Part shown: in pieces, positions 28,289-38,700 of the stretch | How positions within the stretch are numbered: position 1 is the stretch's first letter | Layout of the letters: every line of letters begins with the position of its first letter | NCBI GenBank assembly: GCA_965199715.1 | Contig: OZ241322.1 | Location: 1,344,001-1,408,000, forward strand | Source of the DNA: Vicinamibacteria bacterium | GTDB taxonomy: Bacteria; Acidobacteriota; Vicinamibacteria; Marinacidobacterales; Marinacidobacteraceae | DNA: 64,000 bases | Direction: 5' to 3' | Notes under the pieces: generated by a model | What the model was told of the DNA's origin: nothing | Databases searched by the model: none | What the model saw: the letters and a program-made list of their open reading frames with translations, nothing else | Made by a program: the position numbers and the translations under genes

Positions 28289-29496
28289 CCCGAACGATCT
28301 CGCGCCGCGCCGTCGTCGGCGGCCTCGCCGCGGCGACCTCGGCCCGCTGGCTCCCGAGCGCCGCCCGCCAGCGCGGCCCGCGGATCGTCGTGGTGGGCGC
28401 GGGGGCGTTCGGCGGCTGGACCGCGCTCCAGCTCCTCCGCCGGGGAGCGCGGGTGACGCTCCTCGACGCCTGGGGGCCGGGCAACTCGCGGGCGAGTTCC
28501 GGCGGCGAGACGCGGGTGATCCGGGCGACCTACGGCCCCCACCGCATTTACAGCGAAATGGTCGCCCGCGCGCTCGATCTCTGGCGCGAGAGCGAGACCG
28601 CGTGGGGCGAGCCGCTCTTCTTTCGCACCGGCGCGCTGTGGATGAGCGACGGGCAGGACGACTACGCCCGGCAGGCGGCGCCCATCCTGAGCGACCTCGG
28701 CCTCGGCTACGAGGAGATGGACGGCGCCGGAATCGCCCGCCGCTTCCCGGCGATCCACGCCGGGGACCTCGTCTACGCGCTCTTCGAGGAGGGGGCCGGA
28801 TACCTGCTCGCCCGCCGGGGGTGCCAGGCGGTGCTGCGCGCCTTTCGCGCCGAGGGCGGCGAGTACCGGCAGGTCGAGGCGGCGCCCGGGCCGATCCGCT
28901 CCGGCGCGATGGAAACGGTCGCGATCACCGGGGCCGACGCGATTCCCGCCGACCAGTTCGTGTTCGCGGGCGGGCCGTGGCTCTCGCGGATGTTCCCCGG
29001 GTTCGATCCGCCGCTCGTCGGCCCCACCCGGCAGGAGATCCTCTACTTCGGGACCCCGCCCGGACGCGCCGACCTCGCCGAGGGCGCGCTTCCGGTGTGG
29101 GTCGAGAGCGGAACCCGCCTCTTCTACGGGGTTCCCGGCAGCGAGTACCGCGGCTTCAAGGTCGCGGACGACTCGCGTGGCGCGCCGTTCGATCCGACGG
29201 ACGGCGATCGCACCCCTTCCGCCGAGGCGATCCGGCGCGCCCGCGAGTACATGGAGTTCCGGTTTCCGGCGATGCGGGGCGCGCCGCTGCTGGAGGCGCG
29301 GGTGTGCCCGTACGAGCAGAGCCACGACGGCCACCTGATCGCGGACACGCATCCCGACGCGGACAACGTCTGGCTCCTCGGGGGCGGCTCCGGCCACGGC
29401 TACAAGCTGGGACCGGCGCTCGGCGAGATGGCGGCGCGGCAGATCCTCGGCGAGGCGGCGAAGGAGCCCTTCTTCGGGCTCGCCCGGTTCGCCTGA
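28285..29496 (+). CDS. Tat-exported FAD-dependent oxidoreductase, monomeric sarcosine oxidase-like
   Basis: SRRAVVG Tat signal, VVGAGAFG, ASSGGETRVIR, CPYE, GGGSGHGYK. Confidence 0.88.
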   Translation: MTRTISRRAVVGGLAAATSARWLPSAARQRGPRIVVVGAGAFGGWTALQLLRRGARVTLLDAWGPGNSRASSGGETRVIRATYGPHRIYSEMVARALDLWRESETAWGEPLFFRTGALWMSDGQDDYARQAAPILSDLGLGYEEMDGAGIARRFPAIHAGDLVYALFEEGAGYLLARRGCQAVLRAFRAEGGEYRQVEAAPGPIRSGAMETVAITGADAIPADQFVFAGGPWLSRMFPGFDPPLVGPTRQEILYFGTPPGRADLAEGALPVWVESGTRLFYGVPGSEYRGFKVADDSRGAPFDPTDGDRTPSAEAIRRAREYMEFRFPAMRGAPLLEARVCPYEQSHDGHLIADTHPDADNVWLLGGGSGHGYKLGPALGEMAARQILGEAAKEPFFGLARFA

Positions 29497-29497
29497 T

Positions 29498-30181
29498 TCA
29501 GCGCTTCGGCGGGCGGCTGGGACGCATCTCGATGCGGCTCATGAGCGCCTGTCCGCGCTGGCGGCAGATCGCGAGCACCGCGTCGGCCACGTCCTCGGGA
29601 GCGAGCTTCCAGTCCGCGCCATCGTCCGGAGACCGCCCGGCGAACCCGGTGGCGACGCTGCCGGGCATCACCGTGGCGACGCGGATCCCCGAGTCGCGCA
29701 GATCCAGCATCATCGCCTCGGCCATGCCGAGCAGGCCGAACTTGGAGGCGTTGTAGGCGGTCCCGCCGGCGAACGGATGCCGCCCGGCGAGGCTCCCCAC
29801 GTGGATCACGGTCGCGGGCCGGGACAGGCGCGGCAGCGCGGCGCGGGTCACCCGGTACGCGCCGACGAGGTTCGTTTCGACCACGTCGCGGAACTCTTCG
29901 ACTCCGAGCTCGGTCATCGGCCGGTAGATCCCGAGCCCGGCGTTGTTGACGAGCACGTCGATCCGGCCCGGGAGCGCGGCCGCGACGCTCCCGTCGTCCC
30001 GCACGTCGCACCCGACCCCGACGGCGCCGATCTCCTCCGCCGCCCGCCGCGCCTCGTCGGCGCGGGTTCCGGTGAGGACGACGCGCATCCCCTCCCCGAC
30101 GAAGGCCGCCGCGATCGCGCGTCCGATCCCGCGGGTTGCGCCGGTGACGAACGCGGTCCGGCCGAACAGCTCGTCGCTCAG
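29498..30181 (-). CDS. Short-chain dehydrogenase/reductase, probable CTG start
   Basis: TGATRGIG lies upstream of the first in-frame ATG (30088); NNAG, YNASK; CTG at 30181 overlaps the upstream TGA. Confidence 0.85.
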   Translation of the reverse strand: MSDELFGRTAFVTGATRGIGRAIAAAFVGEGMRVVLTGTRADEARRAAEEIGAVGVGCDVRDDGSVAAALPGRIDVLVNNAGLGIYRPMTELGVEEFRDVVETNLVGAYRVTRAALPRLSRPATVIHVGSLAGRHPFAGGTAYNASKFGLLGMAEAMMLDLRDSGIRVATVMPGSVATGFAGRSPDDGADWKLAPEDVADAVLAICRQRGQALMSRIEMRPSRPPKR

Positions 30182-31428
30182 GGCCGCTTCACCACGGTTC
30201 CGCCGCGCATCACGAAGCGGACGTCCTCCATGGCCCGGATGGACCGGAGCGGGTCGCCGGGCACGGCGATGACGTCCGCCGCGTAGCCCGGGGCGAGCCG
30301 GCCGATCTCGTCCTCGAGGCCGAGCACCCGCGCCGGGACGATCATGGCGGACTGGAGCGCGCGGACCGGATCGAGGCCAAGCCCCACCATGACCGCGAAC
30401 TCGCGCGCGGCGGTGTCGTGGGGAAAGATCGTGTCCGAGCCGAACGCGATCATCACCCCCGCCTCGATGGCCGCCCCGATGCGTTCGTCGCGCTGGCGGA
30501 TGATCGACCGCGCCTTGTCGATGCTCTCCCGCGGAAACCCGATCGCCTCCCCTTCCTCAAGGATGTAGTTCATGACGTAGAGCGTCGGGACGATGGGGAT
30601 TCCGCGCTCGCGGAAGAGCCGGATTCCCTCGTCGTCCACGAGCGTGGCGTGCTCGATCGAGTCCACCCCGGCGCGCAGCGCGGTGTTGATCCCCGCCGCC
30701 CCGTGGGCGTGCACGGTGATCCTCTTGCCGTGCCGGTGTACCTCCTCGACCGCGGCCGTGACCTCCTCGAGCGTGTAGGTGCTCACGTTCGGGTCGTCGC
30801 CCGCCGACATCACGCCTCCGGTCATCATCAGCTTGATCCAGTCGGCGCCGTACTTGAACTGCCGGCGGATCTCCTTGCGCAGCTCTCCGGGGCCGTCGGC
30901 GATCCGCGTGGGCGTGTGGATCTCCAGGTCGGACATGAGGTTGTTGAAGTCCCCGTGGCCGCCGGTGGCGGAGATCGGGTGCGGCGCGACGAGGAGGCGC
31001 GGCCCCATGTGGTCGCCCCGGGCGATGGCGCGCTTCAGGTCCGCGGTGGCGTAGTACCCGTCGAACTCGCCCGGCGACCGCAGCGTCGTGAACCCGGCCC
31101 CGAGCATCGACTGCGCGTTCCTGAGCGCGTCCAGCGCCCGCGCCGCGCTGGAGCGGTTCAGGTCGAGCGCGGTCAGCGTGTCGGGGTTGATCGTGAGATG
31201 CGCGTGGAGGTCGATGAGGCCGGGAAGGCAGGTGTGCCCGGCGAGGTCCACCGTCTCCGGCTCCACGGCCGCCGCCGGGTCGAACCCGAGGATCTCCCCG
31301 TCCCGGACCACGATCGCCGTCGCGTCGCGCATGGCCTCGCCGTCGAAGACTCGGTCGCAACGGAGGACCACGTCCGCGGCCGGAGCGGCTGCCGGCAGCA
31401 GCAGCGCCGCGAGCGCGAGTCGGATCAC
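30178..31428 (-). CDS. Secreted amidohydrolase (Xaa-Pro dipeptidase-like)
   Basis: LPGLIDLHAH, GADWIK, HAHG, SIEH, AFGSD, ADVIAVPGDPL. Confidence 0.9.
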   Translation of the reverse strand: MIRLALAALLLPAAAPAADVVLRCDRVFDGEAMRDATAIVVRDGEILGFDPAAAVEPETVDLAGHTCLPGLIDLHAHLTINPDTLTALDLNRSSAARALDALRNAQSMLGAGFTTLRSPGEFDGYYATADLKRAIARGDHMGPRLLVAPHPISATGGHGDFNNLMSDLEIHTPTRIADGPGELRKEIRRQFKYGADWIKLMMTGGVMSAGDDPNVSTYTLEEVTAAVEEVHRHGKRITVHAHGAAGINTALRAGVDSIEHATLVDDEGIRLFRERGIPIVPTLYVMNYILEEGEAIGFPRESIDKARSIIRQRDERIGAAIEAGVMIAFGSDTIFPHDTAAREFAVMVGLGLDPVRALQSAMIVPARVLGLEDEIGRLAPGYAADVIAVPGDPLRSIRAMEDVRFVMRGGTVVKRP

Positions 31429-33092
31429 GCCGTCGCCTCGGCCATGCTGCAGCGGCGCGGATCTCCCGCGGCGCGGCGGACGCCGTCCTCTCCGACGTGG
31501 ATTCCCTCGAACGAGCCGTGGTGCCAGTTCCAGGGGTTCACCACGTCGAACCGGATTCCGCGGGCCGCCGCCGCGTCCCGCACGTCCTCGGGGAAGTCGG
31601 CCTCGATGAGCACCGCGCCCGGAACCGTGAGCGAGGGGCCGCCGAAGCGGGGACGGCGCACCGACTCGCCCACCGGAACCCCGAACTGGAGCACGTTCAG
31701 CGAGTTCTGGAGGATGTTCTGCAGCAGGCTCACGCTCGGCGACCCGGACGCGAGCGCCGGACGATCCCCGCGGAAGATGATGTTGGGCGCCACGTAGGCC
31801 GAGATCCGATGGCCCGGCTTCGGCATGACCCGCAGGAAGTGCGCGCCCGCGGCGCAGACGCTCACGCCTTCGGCGAAGAGCCCGTTGCTCCATGGGTAGG
31901 ACATGCAGGAATGGAGGATCGTGGCCACGTTCCCGGCCGCGTCCACGACGGTCACGTGGTTGCTGCCGGCGGGCGGCGGCGGTTCGCCGGCAGGAGTCGC
32001 CGGATGCCCCATCTGGAGCAGGTCGTACCGCATCCGGGCGTAGTCCTTCGAGAGGATCGTCTCGAGGGGCAGCGGATGGCTTTCGGGGTCGTTCTGCCGC
32101 GCGCCCTCGGAGTACACGAGGCGGCTCGCGCGCACCATTTGAAGGAGAGACTCGGGGGATTCGGTGGGCGGTCCGTGCCGTTCGAGGTCGAAATTCTCCA
32201 GCATGTGGAGCATCTCGATCAGGTGCGTGCCGCCGTTGTCGGGCGGAGGCGACCCGGCGATCCGCCAGTCGCCGTAGCTGCCCCACGCGGGCTCCTGCCA
32301 CCTCGGCTCCCACGCCGCGAAGTCGTCCGGGGTCAGGACCCCGCCGGCCGCCTGGACGACCTCCGAGACCCGCCTCGCGAAACCCCCGCGGTAGAACCAG
32401 TCGCTCCCCTCCTCGGCGAGCCGCTCCAGCGTGTCGGCGGCTCGCTTCTGGACGAGGTGGAAGCCGGGGCGCGGGATGGCCCCATTCTCGAAATACATCT
32501 CCCGCCCTTCGGCGGTGCGCCCGATCTTGTCGGACTGGGTGAACACCTCGCCCCACAGGAACGGGTGCATCGGGAAGCCCTCGCGGGCGTAGGCGACGGC
32601 CGTCGCCATCAGGTCCTTCCGCGGCAGCGATCCGTGGCGGTCGTGGGCGGCCTCGAAGCCGCCCCAGAAGCCGGGGACCGCCACGCCGCGCCCGGTCGCG
32701 AGGTCCATCACCGAGAAGCCGGGCAGCGGCGCCGTCGGCGTGTTCACGTTGCCGTTGACGTACGTGGTCTCGCCGGTCGCCGCCTCGTGGTAGAGCATCG
32801 AGAGGCAGCCGGTGATCGTCGTCATGTGCGGCTCGACGACGGTCTGGGTGATCGACGCGGCGAGCGCGGCGTCGCAGGCGTTGCCGCCCCGGTTCAGCAC
32901 CTCCACCGCCTCCCGCGTGGCCAGCGGATGCGAGGTGATGGCCATGCCTCCGGGTCCGGCGGCGGGGGCCTTCTCGCCGAAGTGGGCGAGCTCCAGCAGC
33001 CGGTCGCGCTCTTCGGTCGAAGGGGCGGCCGTTCCGGAGCGGGGAAGCGACGCGCCGGCGGCCGCGGCGATCATGAAATGTCGGCGACGCAT
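31425..33092 (-). CDS. ggt: Gamma-glutamyltransferase family protein with Tat-like signal
   Basis: MRRRHF signal; GGNACDAA, VVEPHM, VAVPG, GSNHVTVVDAAGN, GDPRR. Confidence 0.85.
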   Translation of the reverse strand: MRRRHFMIAAAAGASLPRSGTAAPSTEERDRLLELAHFGEKAPAAGPGGMAITSHPLATREAVEVLNRGGNACDAALAASITQTVVEPHMTTITGCLSMLYHEAATGETTYVNGNVNTPTAPLPGFSVMDLATGRGVAVPGFWGGFEAAHDRHGSLPRKDLMATAVAYAREGFPMHPFLWGEVFTQSDKIGRTAEGREMYFENGAIPRPGFHLVQKRAADTLERLAEEGSDWFYRGGFARRVSEVVQAAGGVLTPDDFAAWEPRWQEPAWGSYGDWRIAGSPPPDNGGTHLIEMLHMLENFDLERHGPPTESPESLLQMVRASRLVYSEGARQNDPESHPLPLETILSKDYARMRYDLLQMGHPATPAGEPPPPAGSNHVTVVDAAGNVATILHSCMSYPWSNGLFAEGVSVCAAGAHFLRVMPKPGHRISAYVAPNIIFRGDRPALASGSPSVSLLQNILQNSLNVLQFGVPVGESVRRPRFGGPSLTVPGAVLIEADFPEDVRDAAAARGIRFDVVNPWNWHHGSFEGIHVGEDGVRRAAGDPRRCSMAEATA

Positions 33093-34159
33093 CAGGCGAT
33101 CGTATCCGCGAGCGCCTCGAGCGCGGGGCGGAGGTCGTCCGCGGTCATCCAGCCGAGGTGCCCCACCCGCAGCACCTTCCCGGAGAAGCGGCCGAGGCCG
33201 CCGCCGAGAACGATTCCGCGCTCGGCGAGGCGCGCGGAAACCGCCTTCCACTCGACGCCGTCCGGGAGCCACGCCGCGGTCACGGTCGGGGAGCGGAATC
33301 CCTCGGGGGCGACGATCCGAAGCCCCATCCGCCCGAGTTCGCGCCGCGCGAACGCGGCGGCTTCGGCGTGGCGCGCATGCGTCGCCGTCGCGCCTTCGGC
33401 GATCATCAGCTTCACGCCGGCGTCCATCGCGAAGAGCACGGGAACTGCCGGAGTGAAGGGGGGGATCTCCCGCCGGTAGTTCGCGAACTTCCAGTAGAAC
33501 CGCGGGAGCCGGGCTTCCGCCTCGGCGGCCTCGGCCCGGGGCGAGGTCCAGACCATCGCCATACCCGGCGGCAGCCCCCACGCCTTCTGCGATCCGGTGA
33601 ACGTGACGTCGCACCGGTCCACGGCGAGCGGGGCCGCGCCGAGGCTCGAGACGGCGTCCACGAGCGCGAGCGCGTCGCTCTCGGCGCGCACGACGTCGAT
33701 CAGCTCCTCCACCGGATGGAGGACGCCGGTCGAGGTCTCGCAATGGGTGAGGAGCACCGCCCGAACCTCCGGCGACTCCCGCAGCGCCTCCCGAAGGCGG
33801 TCCGGCGAAGCGGCCTCGCCCCATTCCACGCCGAGGCCGCGGGCGTCGAGCCCGTAGGCCCGGGCCACGGCGAGGAAACGTTCGGCGAACTGTCCGCCGC
33901 CGAGGCCGAACACCCGGTCGCCGGGCGAGAGCGCGTTGACCAGCGCCGCCTCCATCGCGCCAGTGCCCGAAGCGGTCAGCAGCAGCGGCCGCCGTTCGCT
34001 TCCGACGACTTCGGCGAGCCCCGACTGGATCCGCTCGAGGAGACGGCGCATCTCCGGCCCCCGGTAGGAAATCATCGGGCGCCCGAGCGCCGCCGTGACC
34101 TCGGTGCGGAGCGGAACCGGTCCGGGGATCCGGAGCCCGCTCAGCGACTCCGGGACCAC
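33092..34159 (-). CDS. Class V aminotransferase (serine/alanine-glyoxylate type)
   Basis: IPGP, SGTGAMEA, HCETSTGV, VDAVSS, GSQKAWGLPPG, PFTP, RVGHLG. Confidence 0.92.
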   Translation of the reverse strand: MVPESLSGLRIPGPVPLRTEVTAALGRPMISYRGPEMRRLLERIQSGLAEVVGSERRPLLLTASGTGAMEAALVNALSPGDRVFGLGGGQFAERFLAVARAYGLDARGLGVEWGEAASPDRLREALRESPEVRAVLLTHCETSTGVLHPVEELIDVVRAESDALALVDAVSSLGAAPLAVDRCDVTFTGSQKAWGLPPGMAMVWTSPRAEAAEAEARLPRFYWKFANYRREIPPFTPAVPVLFAMDAGVKLMIAEGATATHARHAEAAAFARRELGRMGLRIVAPEGFRSPTVTAAWLPDGVEWKAVSARLAERGIVLGGGLGRFSGKVLRVGHLGWMTADDLRPALEALADTIA

Positions 34160-35202
34160 TCCCCCTCGTCGGGGCTGCCGAGGAGATCCGCGTCCGCCGC
34201 GAACTGGAACAGCCGGTCCGAGGTCGCGACCACGAGCGCGCCCCTGCCGTTCAGGGCGACCCCCACGACCGGCGGACCGCTGATGATCCGCCGCGCGCCG
34301 GTCCCGGTGGACATGAACACCCCGGAGTCGCCCGCAAGCCCCTCGGCGACGAGAAACCGATCCTCCGCGTCGAACGCGATGCCCTGCGGACGCCCGAACC
34401 CGGTGTGGATCCGGCTCGGAATTCCGCCCGGCTGAAACTCGACGATCTGGTCCCGGGCCGAGAGCGTCGGCCCCGACACGAACAGGAATCCCGCCGAATT
34501 GAAGGCGAGGTGGTACGCGGAAATGGACGGGCGCATCGGCGAGAGCACGCTGACCTCGCCCTCCGGCGTGGCGAGGAAGAGCGTGCCGCCCCGGTCGCCG
34601 ACGACCAGGTCGCCGGTGGGCGCGAAGCAGATCCCGGTGGGACAGCCGAAGTTCTCGCCGAACACGCGGAAGCGGTTCTTGTCGTCCATCCGATAGACGC
34701 AGCCGTCCTCCCGCGACGAGACGTACAGCGCCTCGTCCGGGCCCCAGGCGAGACCGGTCGGGTTCACGATCCCCTCGCCGAGCGGCTCCGGCTGTCCCTC
34801 CCCCGGCGGAATCCGGTAGATGGGATCGGGGATCGCCTCGCCGCGCCGGCCGCTGACGGTGCTGTAGAGGTTCCCCCGGGGGTCGAACACCGGGTTGGAG
34901 ACGATGTGCAGCTCCTCGGCGACCGGCCGACCGACCGTGATCGGCCACGGCTCCGTCTCGCGCGCGCCGACCGCGACGCGCAGCTCCTCGCCCGCGCCCT
35001 CGGGCACGCGCACGGCGAGGCGCATCGAGGACGCCCGCAGCACGTGCGCCGGCTTCTCGCCGAGCCAGACGCGCAGCCCCGCCGACTCGTCGATCTGGAA
35101 GCCGCGGCCGGCGACGTCGAGCCGTCCGCCGGGGATCACGTGGCGCGGCCAGACCCTTTCGACCTCCAGCCGGGGGCGGCGGGAGCGGGCGGTTCCGGCC
35201 AT
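34141..35202 (-). CDS. IPT/TIG-like plus NHL/SMP-30 beta-propeller protein
   Basis: N-terminal Ig-like segment; repeats NPTGLAW, CPTGICF, RPQGIAFD. Confidence 0.75.
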   Translation of the reverse strand: MAGTARSRRPRLEVERVWPRHVIPGGRLDVAGRGFQIDESAGLRVWLGEKPAHVLRASSMRLAVRVPEGAGEELRVAVGARETEPWPITVGRPVAEELHIVSNPVFDPRGNLYSTVSGRRGEAIPDPIYRIPPGEGQPEPLGEGIVNPTGLAWGPDEALYVSSREDGCVYRMDDKNRFRVFGENFGCPTGICFAPTGDLVVGDRGGTLFLATPEGEVSVLSPMRPSISAYHLAFNSAGFLFVSGPTLSARDQIVEFQPGGIPSRIHTGFGRPQGIAFDAEDRFLVAEGLAGDSGVFMSTGTGARRIISGPPVVGVALNGRGALVVATSDRLFQFAADADLLGSPDEGEWSRSR

Positions 35203-35262
35203 GCGCGAATCAGGGAACTCGGGGGGTCCCGCCAGCCTACCACCGGCTAGCATCGCCGCCCC

Positions 35263-35718
35263 ATGACCGAGGCCGCTTCCCGCCGGTGCGTCGCGGTCAT
35301 CGGGGGCGGCGATGCGGAGGGCGGGGCGCTCGAGGACGCCGAAGCGGTCGGACGCCTCCTCGCCCGGGCCGGGGCGGACCTCGTGTGCGGCGGCCTCGGC
35401 GGGGTCATGGAGGCCGCCTGCCGGGGCGCGGCCGAGGCGGGCGGGCTCACGATCGGGTTGCTCCCGGGGGCGGATCCGCGCACGGGGAACCGGCATCTGC
35501 GGCGGCCGCTCCCGACCGGGCTGGGCCACTTGCGCAACTTCCTCGTGGTGCACGTCGCGGACGCGGTCATCTGCCTTCCCGGCGCCAGCGGAACCCGTTC
35601 GGAGGCGGCGATGGCCCTGACGCTCGGGAAGCGGGTCGTGACCCTCGGCCATGACCTTGCGGGGTGCGAGCGGTCTCGCTCGCCCGAGGCCGCGGTGCGC
35701 GCGGCGCTCGGAGGATGA
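35263..35718 (+). CDS. LOG/SLOG family Rossmann-fold protein (TIGR00725-like)
   Basis: VAVIGG, CGGLGGVMEAACRGA, TIGLLPG, GHLRN, GTRSE. Confidence 0.85.
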   Translation: MTEAASRRCVAVIGGGDAEGGALEDAEAVGRLLARAGADLVCGGLGGVMEAACRGAAEAGGLTIGLLPGADPRTGNRHLRRPLPTGLGHLRNFLVVHVADAVICLPGASGTRSEAAMALTLGKRVVTLGHDLAGCERSRSPEAAVRAALGG

Positions 35719-38700
35719 GCGACGGATTCGGGCCGCTGCTGGACGCGGTCCGGAAGCGGCGGCGGGCCCGCGCCATCGGCCGGCTCTACGGGTCCGCCCG
35801 GACGCTCGTCGCCGCCGCCCGGGCGACGCTCGCCGGGGGGCCGACGGTTCTGGTCACGGCGCGCGACCCGGCGGCGGTCGCCGCGGACCTCGAAACGCTC
35901 CTCGGCGCGCTCGGGTCGAAGCTGCCGGTGCTGCGGCTTCCGGGGACCGCGGTGAATCCCTACGGCGGCGGGGAACCCCACGCGGAAGTGCTCGCGCTGC
36001 GCGCCGAGGCGCTCTTCGCCCTCGCGTCGGGGCGGCGCGCGCTCGTGGTCGCCTCCCCGGCGGGTTTCCTGACCCGCACCGTGCGGCCCGAGCGGCTGCT
36101 CGAGGCCGGCGCCCGGGTCCGCATCGGGGACGAGACGCCTCCGGCGGCGCTCGCCGAGCGCCTCGCCCTCGCCGGCTTCCGCTTCGAGGATCCGGTCTCG
36201 GGCCCCGGCGAGTTCGCCCGGCGCGGCGGCATCCTCGACGTGTTCCCGGCGAACGCCGAGCTGCCCACGCGCATCGAGTGGTTCGGCGACAAGGTCGATG
36301 AGCTGCGCCCGTTCGACCCGGGCACCCAGCGAAGCGGCGGCGAGGAGAACCGGCCGGACTCGCTCGAGATAGCGCCGGGGGTCGAGTGGGTCGGGCTCCC
36401 CCCGCAGCCCGGCCGCCCGCATCCCGCCTTCTCGCTGCCGGGAACCCGGGGCTACGACGCCTCGATCCTCGACTACGCCGAGGGGGCGGACATGCTCGTC
36501 GAGGAGCCCGAGCAGATCCGCGACGTCGCGGCGACCGAGCTCGACCGGGGGGTCCAGTGCCGGCTGAAGGCCCCGAGCCGGCTGACTGCGGGCGCGGCGG
36601 CGCCGCAGGCGCTCCTCATGGATCTCGGGTCGCTCGACCGGTGGCTGCGGGAACCGCCGCCCCGGGGTCCGGTCGCGCTGCGCGAGCTCGACTCCGCGGA
36701 CGGCGACGACCTGCCGGCGCGCCCGGCCGAGTCCTTCGCCGGAAGGCTCCCCGCGTTCCTCGCCCGCCTGAAGGAGACCCCGACGGACTTCCACCTGTTC
36801 GCCCCCGGACGCGCGGCGGCCACGCTCGAGGCGAAGGTGCGGGAAGCGGGGCTGCGGGTCTTCGTGCATGAGGGCCGGTTCGACGAGGGCTTCGAGATCC
36901 CCTCGCTCGGTCTCGAAATGCTTTCGGGGGCCGTGCTCGTCGCCGCGCCGCCCCGGACGCCGGCCAAGTCGCGCAGCCGGGTGTTCGCGTCCGACTTCCG
37001 CGACCTGAAGCCGGGCGACCTCGTCGTCCACGCCGAGCACGGCGTCGGGAAGTTCCTGCGGATCACCCGCGTCGGCGACTCCCCGGACGCGCCCGACATG
37101 GTGCAGTTGGAGTACGCGAAGGGCGCCCGCCTCTATCTCCCGGTGGACCGACTGGACCTGCTCGACAAGTACCGGGCGACTTCGGAAGCCGCGCGGCCGA
37201 CGCTGGACCGGCTCGGCGGAACTGCGTGGGCGCGCAGGAAGCGCCGCGCCGAAAAGGCCGTCCACGACATCGCCGACGACCTGATCCGCCTCTACGCCGA
37301 GCGCCGCCGGATCGAGGGGTTCGCCTTCCCCCGGGACGTCCCCGGGATGGAGGAGTTCGAGGCCGGGTTCGGGTGGACCGAGACCGAGGACCAAGCGCGG
37401 ACCATCCGCGAGGTGTTCGCCGACATGGAGGCCGAAAACCCGATGGACCGGCTCGTGGCCGGCGACGTCGGCTTCGGCAAGACCGAAGTCGCGCTGCGGG
37501 CCGCGTTCAAGGCGGCCATGAGCGGCAAGCAGGTCGCGATCCTGACCCCCACCACGGTGCTCGCCGACCAGCACGCCCGGCTCTTCCGCGAGCGCTTCCG
37601 CGAATTTCCGGTGCAAGTGGAGATGCTCTCCCGCTTCCGCAAGCCGAAGGAGCGCAAGGCGGTGGTGGCCGGGCTCGCCGACGGGACCGTGGACGTCGTG
37701 ATCGGCACCCATCGCCTGCTTTCCCGGGACGTGGAGTTCCGGGATCTCGGGCTGCTCGTGATCGACGAGGAGCAGCGCTTCGGGGTAGCCGCGAAGGAGC
37801 GGTTGAAGCGGCTCGCCGCCCGCACCGACCACCTCGCCCTCACCGCCACGCCGATCCCGCGCACGCTGAACCTGTCGCTGTCGGGCATCCGCGACATGTC
37901 GGTCATCGAGACCCCGCCCCGCGACCGCATCGCGGTCCAGACCCACGTGCTGCCCTTCGATCCGGACCGGGTGGCCGAGGCCATCCGGTACGAACTCGCC
38001 CGCGACGGCCAGGTCTATTTCGTCCACCACCGGATCCAGTCGCTCGGCGCGATGCGCGAGACTCTCGCCCGGCTCGCGCCCGAGGCGAGGGTTCTCATCG
38101 CCCACGGCCAGATGCCCGAGACGGGACTCGAACGCGCCTTCGCCGCCTTCCAGCGCGGCGACGCCGAGGTCCTGCTCTCCACCACCCTCATCGAGAACGG
38201 ACTGGACCTGCCCCGCGTGAACACCCTCATCGTGAATCGCGCCGACGCCTTCGGGCTCGCCCAGCTCTACCAGCTCCGCGGCCGGGTCGGGCGCTCGAAC
38301 CGCCGGGCGTGGGCGTACCTGCTGGTCCCCGAGGGCGGCGAGCTGTCGGAGCGGGCCCGCCCGCGCCTCGCCGCGCTGCGGGAGTTCAGCGAGCTCGGCG
38401 CCGGGTTCCGCATCGCGGCGCTGGACATGGAGCTTCGCGGCGTGGGCGACCTGCTCGGCGCGGCCCAGCACGGCCACATGGAGGCGGTCGGCTTCGACAT
38501 GTACTACCGGATGCTCGACGCCGCGGTCGCCGAGGCGCGGGGCGAGGCCGCCCGCGACCGCTGCCAGCTCAACCTGCGGTTCCGCCTGCGCGTGCCGGAG
38601 AGCTACCTCGGCGATCCGCAGCACCGGATGTGGCTCTACAAGCGGGTCTCCGCGGCGCGGGGCGCCGGGGAACTGGACCGCCTCGAGGACGAGGTCCGGG

